Part shown: positions 52,400 to 63,654 of the stretch, in pieces
Position numbering within the stretch: position 1 is the first letter of the stretch
How the letters are laid out: the number at the start of each line of letters is the position of its first letter
Assembly: GCA_034780895.1 (NCBI GenBank)
Contig: JAUZTB010000118.1
Location: forward strand, 61,290,804-61,354,803
Source: Rhynchobatus australiae
Lineage: Eukaryota
Reading direction: 5' to 3'
Length of the DNA stretch: 64,000 nt
Position numbers and translations under genes: made by a program
The notes under the pieces: generated by a model
What the model was told of the DNA's origin: nothing
Seen by the model: only the letters and a program-made list of their open reading frames with translations
The model's database searches: none

Positions 52400-54830
52400 G
52401 TTATGGAGTCATAGAGTTATACAGTACGCAAACAAGCCCTTCGGCCCACATCATCCATACCAAGCAAGTTGCGTGCCTTAGTTAGTCCCATTTGTCCACG
52501 TTTGGCCCATGTCACTCTAAATCTTTTCTACCCATGTACCTATCGAAATGCTATTTTAAATGTAATTCTACCTGCCTCTACCACTTCCTATGGGCAGCTT
52601 GTTCCATGTACCTACCACCTGTGTGAAAAGGTTGCTCCTGAGGTCCCCTTTAAATCTGTCCCATCTCACAAATCTGTGCCCTCTAGTTTATACTCCCCTA
52701 CCCTGGGAAAAAGACTATGCCCATTCACTGTATCTATGCCCCTCATAATTTTATAAACCTCTGTGAGGTCACCCCTAAGCCCCCTTTGCTCCAGGGAAAA
52801 AAAGTGCCAGCCTATCCAGTTTCTCCTTGTAACTCAAACCCTCCAGTCTCAGTAACATCCACATTGATCTTTTTTGCACCCCTTCCTATTTAATGATATC
52901 TTTCCTATAGCAGGGTGACCAGAATGCACACAATACTCCAAGTGCAGTCACACCAATATGGTGTACAGCTTTAATATGAGATCTCAACTCCTGACCAATG
53001 AATGCAAGTGTGCCAAATGCTTTCTTCACCACCTGTGTCACCACTTTCAGGGAACTATGTGCATGCAGCCATAGATCTCCCTATTCTGCAACACTCTCCA
53101 GAGCCCTACCATTTACTGTGCAAGTCCTGCCGAGGCTTAACTTACCAAAATTCAATACTTAGCACTTGTCTGAATCAAATTCCATTTACCATTCCTTGAA
53201 CTACTTTCCCGGTTGATCTAGATCCTATTGTAATCTTAGATTACCTTCTTCACCATCCACTATACCACCAATTTTGATGTCATCTGTAAACATGCTACCT
53301 ACATTCTCATCCAAATCATTAATATAGATGATAAACAACAAGAGACCCAGCAAAGATCCCTGCAGCATACCACTGGTCATGGGCCTCCAATCTGAAAAAC
53401 AATCCTCCACTTCTAGCCTCTGACTCCTTCCACCAAGCCAATTTTATATGCAGTTGGCTGGCCCACCCCGGATCCCATGTGATCTAACCTATGTTAGCTA
53501 ATGATCAGAGATTAATAATATGATCAGCCTACCATGCAGGACCTTGCCAAAGGCCTTGCTAAAGTCTATAAAGGCAATGTCTTCTGCTACCCTGCCCTTG
53601 TCAATCCTCTTATCTCTTCAAAAAATTCAAATTCAAGAGACACAATTTCCCCCACACACAAAGCCATGCTGACTATCCCTAATTAGTCCTTGCCTATCCA
53701 AATGCAGGTAGATCTGGTCTTTCNNNNNNNNNNNNNNNNNNNNNNNNNNNNNNNNNNNNNNNNNNNNNNNNNNNNNNNNNNNNNNNNNNNNNNNNNNNNN
53801 NNNNNNNNNNNNNNNNNNNNNNNNNNNNNNNNNNNNNNNNNNNNNNNNNNNNNNNNNNNNNATGTTTCAAGACACCATTATTCTTTTTCCCAAATTCTCC
53901 AGCTTCCATGACCTTCACCATAAATACAGATGAGAAATATTCACTTAAGACCTTGATCATCTCCTGTGGCTCCACACATAGACGACCACGCTGATTCTTA
54001 AGGGGACCTATTCTCTACTTAGTTAACCTTTTGCTCTTAATAATAATCTCTTAGGATTCTCCTTTATTTTATCTGCCAAAGCACCTCACATCCTCTTTTT
54101 GCCTGCCTGATTACCCTCTTAAGTATACTCCTCAAGAGATTTGCTAATCCCAGCTGCCAAAACTTGACATACTGTATGCCTCCTCCCTTTTCCTCACCAG
54201 AGCTTCAACATCCGTCATCGATCAGGGTTCCCTAATCCAGCTAGCCTTGTCATTCACCCTACCAGGAACACAGTGTCCCTCTCTAGTTGGGCCATCTACA
54301 TATTGATTAGGAAAATTTTCCTGGACACTTAACAAATTCTGCCCCCAACCAACCCCTCAGTACCACTGCAGTTCCAGTCAATATTAGGGAAGTGAAAAAT
54401 CACTTATTATTACAACTTTACTGTTCCTACAGCTATTTGCAATCTCCCTACCTATTTGCTCCTCTAATTCCCTCTGACTATTGGGGGGCCTATAGTACAA
54501 TCCCATCAAAGTGATCACTCCCTTCTTATTTCTGACTTCTACCCATATTGCCCCACTGGATGATTTCCCAGGAATATCTTTAAGTACTAGAGTGGTGTTC
54601 TCTCAAATCAAGAAACGCAACTCTGCCTCCTCTCTTACCTCCACCTCCATCAGGCCTGTAGCATCTGTACCCATAACACTGAACTGCCAGTCTTCCCTGT
54701 CCCTCAACCATCCTTCTGTAATAGCTATAATATCTCAGTCCCTTGTACCTATCCATGCCCCAAGTTCATCTGCCTTACCTGTCAGGCTTCTTGCATTAAA
54801 ATAAATGCACTTTAGTCTATCAGACGTCTT
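52400..54830 (-). mobile_element. Long, internally deleted CR1 LINE (RT plus APE endonuclease remnants)
   Basis: ORF pieces SDWRPMTSGMLQGSLLGLLLFIIYINDLDE and EPQEMIKVLSEYFSSVF. Inverted GLYYRPPNS motif at ~54478-54506 and YDIIAITE at ~54715-54740. Confidence 0.9.
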
Positions 54831-56348
54831 GCGAGTAGCTCTACAAAATACATTCTACATCTTAATTCTGCAGTACTTTTATGTACACGTTGTACAATTC
54901 AGATATTTAGTACCAAAAAGATTCACCACAAAATCATTTCCATTCCCCAAGTTTCTCTGAATCATTAAACCAGACCTGTACAAGTAGTACTTTGTACCTT
55001 AATGGCTCTAGTGTAAAACAACTCTATGTTTTCCTCAGGGGTTACAGTCAGGAATACAGCATCCTGGAGACATAAATTTCCACACAAGGTGCATCTTTGA
55101 TTTCAGTTAGTTGGATTGTGAGTGCCAATGGCCAAATATATTCCACTGTATGCAACTTTATGATTGAAAAACCTTCACTTTTATTCCACTTCATGTCAAG
55201 TCTGGTGAAATAAACCAAATTTCTACACAAGTGCTCATTGCCCTTCATGTGAAGATTTTTCTCTTATAAATCAGCTTCACAAACAATTTGGGAATAATGA
55301 CATTGATCTGTCAGCATAACAAGGCTATTTTACAACACAACAAATCTTCTCTCCCAGTTACTAAGCCCGGACTCTCCTGGAGTACCTTGCACCATAACCT
55401 TCAATTTGATTACAATCTTCATTTTATTCTGTATACATAATGTCATCAGAACAGATATATACCCTGCTTGGCATTTTATAACATTCTAAATCGATAAAAT
55501 TATTTTGACAAAATCTGTCAGTGTAGCACACTTTGATAAAATCACCTCTTCTGTTTTAATGCAAATTAGTAATTTCTCAACAGTCCTCTGGAAAACAAGT
55601 ACAATCCTTCCAAATCAATACGTCTGAGAAGATGCAAGGTAATTTCATCTGCTACAGCATTTGCAGTCGAATTTAAGCAGATCTCAGATGAACTAATTGG
55701 GATGTGTGGGCCTACTCCTGCTCCTATTTTGTACATTTACATCCTGATGCTTTGGGGATATTTTGCAACATTATGTATTTTGCATGTGAAAATTAATATA
55801 TATAAATGATTTTTTTTTAATAAATGCTGGTTGGTAAACACCCTCATTGTATGCCCTAAGATTAAGGATGCACTGTAGCAAATCTCTTGAGCATTGTCCG
55901 TTTGTGGAATCAGACAGCAAGTGCAAACACGCCATTTCTGCAATTTCCATTTGGCCCAACTTGTTCGAACAAATTGGAAGAACAGCTGTACTGTGAAGCC
56001 TCTATCTCTGTTCCTGGAGTGGTAACTATGATAGTTTATTTAACTGCTTATTTCTTATGCTCAACTTTGTGTTTTATAATGGTGCTCTGTTTTAGTACTT
56101 TTAATGTGCCACTGAAGTTAATTTATTATTGCAGACCTGATTATTTACCCCAAAGACCAGAAAAAGACCTCAACTATTAAAGTTAATAGTGAAATAACAA
56201 TTTGCATTTATGTGCCACCTTTAACATTGCAAAACATCTTAAAGCACCTAACAGGACCATATGCAGGTTTGAAAGTTATGAAGAAAGGGAGGGTTGAGGC
56301 TATGACGTTATGAATTTTAAACTGAAGGATTGGTGAACCAGGACCCAG

Positions 56349-57049
56349 TCCATATTATCCTTATTAAAATCAACTGTGTTTGAAATAGAAAAGGAGATTG
56401 AGAGTATCTTATTCCATGCAACATGTCTATCTTCGAGAAATTATCTATAATCTCACATAAAGCTAATCTGTAACACTTGTTAGTCATGACTCAAATTTGA
56501 AGCACTCTTGACTTTCAATCAATGTTGTGAGTTCAAGCTTTACTCTACAGATTTTAAAACAATCAGGTTGTCACGTCAATGCAGCACTGTGGGAATGCTC
56601 CATTATTGGAAGAGTCACCATTCAGATGAGACACTAAATTAAGGCCTTACTGTTCTCTCATATGAATGTGAATGATCCCATAGAGCTACATGGAAGATTA
56701 TGCCCAATGTGTTGGCTGATAATATCCCCAATTCAACAGCTACATATAGATTATTTGATCACTATTTGTTTGTGGACCTCGATTTATGCAAATTGACTGC
56801 TGTATTTCTCCATTGCAGATGACAGAACTTTGTAAGTATTTTGTCTGTAACATATATTGTAACATCCATATTATCCTTATTAAAATCAACTGTGTTTGAA
56901 ATAGAAAGGAGATTGAGAGTATCTTATTCCATGCAACCTGTCTATCTTCAAGAAATTATCTCTAATCTCACATAAAACTAATCTGGAACACTTGTCAGTC
57001 TTGACTCAAATTTGAAGCACTCTTGACTTTCAATCAATGTTGTGAGTTC
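56349..57049 (+). repeat. Direct duplication of ~185 bp (56349-56534 and 56865-57049)
   Basis: By eye the copies differ by 7 substitutions and 1 indel. Confidence 0.9.
56490..56865 (+). mobile_element. DeuSINE (SacSINE1-like) remnant
   Basis: gttgtgagttcaagc head, then gcagcactgtgggaatgctcc...tcagatgagacactaaattaaggcc...gatcccatagagcta...tgtttgtggacc...tgcaaattgactgctg. Confidence 0.65.
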
Positions 57050-57134
57050 TTACTTTCAACCACTGAGCTGCCCTTAGTGGTAATACAAACTCCCCATGTC
57101 TTGAAGGGTTTCTTACAAATAGGGCCATAATGTC

Positions 57135-57740
57135 AATAGAGATACAGCATAGAAACAGGCCCTATGGCCCAGAGTCCACGTTGACCATCAACCACCCATT
57201 TGCACTAATTCTACATTCTCATCAATTCACACCACCTAGATTCTGCCACTTACCTAGGCATTAGGCAATTTACAGTGGCCAATTTACCTACCAACCAGCA
57301 TGTTTTTGGGATGTGGGAAGAAACTGTAGCATCCGGGGGAAACCCACANNNNNNNNNNNNNNNNNNNNNNNNNNNNNNNNNNNNNNNNNNNNNNNNNNNN
57401 NNNNNNNNNNNNNNNNNNNNNNNNNNNNNNNNNNNNNNNNNNNNNNNNCTAACATTTTTCCTTTTATTTTACTTATTATCATAAGTAGTTATTAATAAAG
57501 TAGTTTTTAACACTTATACACGTCTTGGTGTGTTTCTGTTGTTGCTGGTACGTAACAATACAAACTCCACACAGACAGCACTGGAGGACACAGATAGAAC
57601 CCTTAGAACAGGATAAAATGTCAGCGCAACATTGTGGGCCGAAGGGCCTGTACTGTGCTGTAATGTTCTATGTATGTTCTAACCCAGGTTGCTGGAGCTA
57701 AGAGGCAGTGCCTCTACTTGTTGCGCCACTGTGTTGCCCT
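57135..57740 (-). mobile_element. V-SINE with nested LTR end (57449-57557, +) and CR1 tail (~57603-57680, +)
   Basis: The SINE body (catgtttttgggatgtgggaagaaac...caaactccacacagacagcactggagg...aacccaggttgctggagct) is interrupted twice. The LTR end carries AATAAA and ends ...cgtaaCA. Confidence 0.7.
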
Positions 57741-58099
57741 TAGCAGTAATACAAACTTCCCATATTGTTTTAGAGTTAAAGTTACTCCGCTACTGAGTCC
57801 GCCATAGGATCGAGATCCATATCGGAAGATGACATCAGCCACAACATGATTAAAAGCATTACAAATTGTCATCACAGTTCTGCATTAGAGAATGTGGGAA
57901 ATCCTGCTCCTGCTCTGAAGTACTGCATGTGGTATGGAAGAATGATGTTCCCATAGATTTGTTGTTCTTGTCTTTGAGCTGCCAAAGGTCATGGATTTGC
58001 AAGTAGCCTTGGTGAATGACTAATGCATTTTGCAAATTATATATAGGGCAGGTATAATGTGCCAGCAGTGGAGGGAGAAAATATTGGTATCCATTGCTT

Positions 58100-58400
58100 A
58101 GAAAATCAGTAATTTATAATTTAAGGTCTTGGTGAGATCATATACGGAGTACTGTATACAATATTGGTTTCTTTATTTAAGGAAGAATGTTAAAATTTTG
58201 GGAGCATATCAGAAATGATTTACCAGACTGACACCTGAAATCAAAAGATTGTCTTAAGAGGAAATGTCAGACAGGCTAGACTTGCATTAGCTGGAGTTCA
58301 GGAGACTGAGAATGGAGTTGATTGAACCTTAAGATCTTGAGGGGTCTTGACAGGTTGGGCATGGAGAGGATGTTTCCTCTCAGGGGGAATCTAGAATTAG
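58100..58400 (+). mobile_element. Degenerate CR1 fragment
   Basis: ttggtgagatcatatacggagtactgtatacaatattgg (LVRSYTEYCIQYW). Confidence 0.65.
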
Positions 58401-58568
58401 GAGTTTATGTTTATTTTTTCTAAGCTCAAGGGCTAAGTATGTATGTTTACATAACTATTTGATTCACTTTACCAGAAGCATCACGAAAAATGTAAAGCAT
58501 GACCACCTGGTTATTAGCTTCTCCACGTGTAACTTAAACTTACTGGATAGTGCTATTAATACAAACTA

Positions 58569-59555
58569 ATCTCACTGCAACCACCAAGGACTGGCAATAC
58601 ATTTCATGAGCACCCTGCTAATGACATAACATATGGTTCTTAAATATCATTCAATTCTAGAGGCCCAGAAAGGGAACAATTAAAACTGTGTGGATTCATT
58701 TCCCAAAGTAGCAAATTTTTCCTAAAAGATTTTGGTTTTTTTTAAGTTTTCTCTTTTTCCTTTCCCTTTGTTCACTTCCTCTCCTTTCATTTCATTACTT
58801 TTCTTTTCATATTGAATTTGGCTGGTATGTCGCTTCCTCTTTCTCGTCCTTAAAATGCGTTGTTCAAGGACAACCAATAGAACTGAGACCCCTGTTGTTT
58901 ATTCACGTCTATCCTCCTCAAGAGAGCTTAAATCTTTATATTGGGTGAGTATTTCTCAGGGAATTTATCTTGGGTGAGCTAAAGATTTTGACAACCATTG
59001 GCAGTGTAGACCTAACTTCCAAAGAGGAAGGAGGCCAGTGGTCGTCAGGTAGGTGACATCAGCCACGTCATCATGACTCTGTTGCAGTTATCCCAGTGAA
59101 TTTCAGCCTGAATACATTGTACCCCTTACAGGATCAGATAAATCTACTTTTTGATGGGAGTAGAGCGAACAAAAGGAGAGTAAAAGGAGACAAAGATAAA
59201 CACACAAAGTGCTGGAGGAACTCAGCAGATCGTGCAGCATCAATAGAGAGAAATGGAAGTTGACCTTTTGGGTTGAGACTGTTCATCAAAACTGGAAAGA
59301 AAGGGGAGATAGCCAGTATAAAAGGGAGGGGGGCAAGAGTGGAGCAAGAGCTGGCAGGTAATAGGTAAACCCAGGTGAGAAAAAAAAAGAACAAAATCTT
59401 TCAGGAACAATTTGCCACTTAGGGATATGAGTCGACAGTTTTAGTTGTTCCCTTTCTGGGCCTCTACAATTGAATGATATTGAAGATCTATATGTTATAC
59501 CATTAACAGGATGCTCATAAAATGTATTGCCAGTCCTTGGTGGTTGCAGTGAGAT
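58569..59555. repeat. Long inverted repeat (arms ~58569-58735 and ~59390-59555) with a Penelope-type insertion at ~59190-59389
   Basis: atctcactgcaaccaccaaggactggcaatacattt... is matched by its reverse complement; about 10 mismatches in the outer ~120 bp. Confidence 0.9.
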
Positions 59556-60489
59556 GTGTTTGGGAGATAAGAGTGGGTGACAGTAATCCTCTCATATTAT
59601 TCTCAAACTTTAATGGCAACCTTCCTTTGTTCCTCATATTCCACCAAATAGCACAAATGATAAGGGACTTATAGGAATGCTTTCCCAAATAGCAGGTTGA
59701 CTCTGTAGCTGAAGAGGAAGGAGAATTGGAGTCTTATTACAGTAGATTAGTCAGGACCCACTTAAATTGCAGAATGAACTTAAAAAATATACATAGCTGA
59801 GTTTTGGACAAAACAGAAAATTGCAGAAAACATTTACTTCTATTATTGGAGTAATTTACAAAAGTCAGTAGACATACTTGTTGGGAGGGAGGAATAGCAT
59901 TATCTACATCAACTTATATAATTCTGATAAAACATTTTAATCATGCCCGTGGAGCGTTTCACCTTAGTAACTTTGTTTTGTTTTTAAATACACAACAGTT
60001 GATTCACCGCAGTTCACTGCTCCAAATGAGGGATGCAATTAGTTTGTTTCACAGGGTCCACTAGAGCAAACAGGCAAATGTGGGACCTGGGATTGGGTGG
60101 ACGGACAGTAAGCCCAAGAGCAGCCAAGAGCATGGTCACAGAGCCTGAGAGTGGCTGAACCCATTTTAGTACCTACAATAGCTAACTGCTCAGGTTGGTC
60201 ATAAGAACATTGTGACTGCTTTGACAGATTGCAATTCAAAGGAAAAGCAAACACTGCTCAGATGTCATTTTGAATTGTCACTGTCATCAATATTACACTA
60301 AAAATTAATAAATGGAATGAATCAACCACGACTGAAATTATCACAATACTTAATCCTTCCTGGCTTCAGATCTTGCTCAAACTTGCTCTCAAAACTGAAT
60401 TTTAATTTCTGAGGCTAAAATAAATTTAATTTTGGTTAATCTAGTGTTAGATGGTGTTTGTGAGTAAAGTGAATTTGCCTTAAGCTTTT

Positions 60490-60960
60490 GCTTAGAGAGT
60501 AGAAGTAGGCCAATTGGGCTCTTGGTCCAAGCCAGTATTCATCATGCGAAAGAGCCTGCTTCCACTCTGATTAACTTTTCCTACCCACCCCTGTGTCTGG
60601 TTCCTTTTTCCTTCAAGTGTGCATCTCACTTCCCCTTAAATTTATTGGTGCTATCTACTTCAACCTGTGGCAGCAAGTTCTTTATTCTCTACAAGTTAAA
60701 TTAAAAGATTTCACTTAAATTCTTTGGTAAGTATCTTACATTTATGCTCTTCTGTTCTACACTATTCCACAAGTACAAATGGTTTCTCTATGTCAACCTT
60801 ACCGAGTCCCCTCTAAATTTTTCTTTGCAGGGAAAAGAGTTCCTGCCTCCTCAACCTTTCTGACTGATTGTAACCATTCAGTCCTGGTACAGAAAAGAAT
60901 ATTACAATGTCACTTCCTTCAGTGCTTCAATATCCTTTTTGTAATCTAACATAACTTAAA
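60490..60960 (-). mobile_element. Degenerate CR1 tail
   Basis: agtagaagtaggcc...ccagtattcatcatg...tgtggcagcaagttc. Confidence 0.5.
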
Positions 60961-61339
60961 TTTAACACTGCCCTTTTGCTCTTGTATTGTTACTTACTAA
61001 TTTTTCCTGAGGAATACTTTTCTTTTATAAACCTGTTATTAAATTCTAAAATAGCAAGTGTGCTGAATTTCAATTTTCATTTAATAGAATTTTCTTTTTA
61101 CATTAAACCTTTTACAAGTAATTTTTCAATGAAGTGATAGGCACTCAGTCTTTGGAAAACTCCCACACATGTGAAATAGAGTAGGTGTAAACACAGGATA
61201 CATGAATCCAAATACAAGCTATTTAGATATTGCTCATCAAAAGGCATTAAAAAACTGCAGATGCTGGAGCCCTGAAATATCTACAGAAAATATCGGAAAT
61301 ATTCAGATTGTGAAGGATCTGTGGAAAGAGAAAAATAGG

Positions 61340-61646
61340 TCTGTTTCCCAGGGTCGAAATGTCTAATACTAGAAGGCAAGAGGGGTAAGTTCAAAAGGAA
61401 TGGACGGGGCAAGTTTTTATTTTACACAGAGTGGTTGGTGCCTGGAATACACTGCCAGTGGTGGTGGTGGAGGCAAATACGATAGAGGCATTTAAGAGGC
61501 TCTTAGATAAGCACATGAATGTGCAGAGAATGGAGGGATAAGGCAGAAGGTATTCATTTAGTTGGGTGTTTACTTACTGGCTTAATTAGGTTGGCACAAC
61601 ATTATGGGCCGAAGGGCCTGTTCCTGTGCTGTACTGTTCTATGTTC
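61340..61646 (+). mobile_element. Young CR1 3' tail inserted into a Penelope-type hairpin (61250-61339 and 61647-61700)
   Basis: Ends gggccgaagggcctgttcctgtgctgtactgttctatgttc. The flanks are the two inverted arms of the hairpin family. Confidence 0.75.
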
Positions 61647-61748
61647 AGGTGCTGCCTGACCAGCTGAGTATTTCCAGCATTNNNNNNNNNNATTTTCTAC
61701 TTTTAATTTTAGAAACTGCTAATGCAAGTGGATACAAAAAAAAATTAC

Positions 61749-61809
61749 CTTTGGCAATCCTGCTACATCCAGCCAGACTTGATAGATGATATCTGCAGAC
61801 AGCCCCTGA
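61749..61809 (-). CDS. AOPEP: Aminopeptidase O coding exon (61 nt, phase 2 to 0): xQGLSADIIYQVWLDVAGLPK
   Basis: Minus strand reads ctttgctttattcaccatag|TCAGGGGCTG...GGATTGCCAAAG|gtaatt. Translation aligns with recalled human AP-O LELSVENIYQDWLESSGIPK and joins in frame to the next exon. Confidence 0.9.
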
Positions 61810-62139
61810 CTATGGTGAATAAAGCAAAGGGAGAAACTTTAGTTTAATATTAAACTTTCCAAACGAATAAAAAAAAGTGGAGGAGAAACTCCTAAGGTGC
61901 ATACCAAAGACCTTGATGATCAATGCACGTCATACCAATGAAAAAAGATACAGTGCTGGATCTAATTTCAGGGAATGAAACATGCTAAGTGTAATGCATA
62001 TAATTGGGCATGATCCTCACCAAATGATGACTCCAAGAAAAATAGAGGAACAGCACCAGCCACTTTACATGGCCTTCTTTAACCTCATGAAAAACCTTTG
62101 GCACAATCAATCCAAAAGGACTGTGGAGCAACCTCCTCA

Positions 62140-62600
62140 GAACATGTGATAACATTGGAGAGGGTGCAGAGATTGACCAGGATATTACATGGACTGGAGG
62201 GTATCAGTTATCAGAGACTGGAGAGGCTAGGTCTGTTTTCCCTGGAGCAAAGGAGGTTGAGAGCAGATATGACTGAGTTATATAAAATTATAAGTTTTGA
62301 TAGGGAAGACTGCAGGAAACTTTTCCCCACATCAGAGGGAAATAAAACCAGAGCGCATAGATTTAGGGTAAGGAGTAAGAGATATAAAGGGAACGTGAGG
62401 GGGACCTTATTGGCAAGTACCTGTGACACACTCCGAGAGAGAGTGATGGAAGCAAAGTGGCTGACGGCATTTAAATAGTGTCTAGATGAGCACTTGAATT
62501 GCCTAGGTTAGAAGGCTATGAGGCACGTGCTGGAATTTGGCATTAAGTCCATTGGTCAGTGTGGACCAAATGGCCTGTTTTCATGCTGTATGACTCCATA
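62140..62600 (+). mobile_element. CR1 RT C-terminus and tail
   Basis: ORF 62098-62478 contains LERVQRLTRILHGLEGISYQRLERLGLFSLEQRRLRADMTELYKI. Confidence 0.9.
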
Positions 62601-63654
62601 AATCTGGCTGCCCACTGAAATTTATCTCCATTTGTGATAGGTCCAAGCCTGATATTAAGCAACCGGTCTACAACAGAACCAATCTCAGTGAAGAGCAGTG
62701 TTAAATGAGGCTGCATCATTGCCAACACCTTTAGAGTCATACAGAGATACAACATGGAAACAGGCCCTTCAGGCCACCAAATGCCTGTAAACCATCAAGA
62801 ACCCATTTGATGCAGAGAAATGATTCATTTTANNNNNNNNNNNNNNNNNNNNNNNNNNNNNNNNNNNNNNNNNNNNNNNNNNNNNNNNNNNNNNNNNNNN
62901 NNNNNNNNNNNNNNNNNNNNNNNNNNNNNNNNTGGCATGCAAAACGAAGTTTTTCACTGTACCTCAGAACATGAGGCAATAATAAACCAACTTAGTTTAC
63001 CAATTAAATATCACTGCAAGTTTGATCTTTTCATCTGTACCCTGCAAGCTACTCAATCTACATCTGTGAACTCACTTTCTAGCAGTAATTATGAAATAAC
63101 AAGCAGGAGCAGAGTGTATGTGTGCTATGTGTTTCCTTTCTTCCTCACTATCCCACACAACTTGAATGCTCTAATATTGATTCAGCTAGCAAAGGGCAAA
63201 GAAAGGATTGAATCTGGTTTCTTTCCAATAACCACATGTATACCAAACTGTGCTTACTAATCCAATCATCAGTGAAGCCTGATGTAAACACCTTTACAAC
63301 ACCCTGTAAGAAATTAACCATTGGAGTAAAGAACATTTAAACTGTGTGATAAGACAGGAAAATTCATTGGATGAGCAATGTGGCAAATGTTCAATTCAAG
63401 CACATTGAATCTGAGCTAACACAGTGGAGCATCTGCAGTCTGCTTTATCTGTGGTCTGAAATCCAAATTTCATGAAGCAAGTGATTCTTCAAAAAATATT
63501 TAAATGCTAATGAATCTAATAAATAAAATATGTTTTAAAGATTTTTATTTCATAGTATTGATTTACTTGTGAAAATAATATAATATTTAAAAAGGATGCA
63601 GGAAGAAAGACATGAGGAGGTACAAATTCAAGTCCTTGAAGATGGAAAAATACT

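Noticed and set aside
60055-60107. Plus-strand exon-like segment (tttcacag|...|gtaagc)
   Set aside because: Isolated splice-like sites with no partner exons or recognisable product.
63258-63303. Exon-like 46-nt segment (GVVKVFTSGFTDDWI) on the minus strand
   Set aside because: No similarity to the expected upstream AP-O segment (recalled DFLQMLLENIPEEKR), and it ends in phase 1 where phase 2 is needed.
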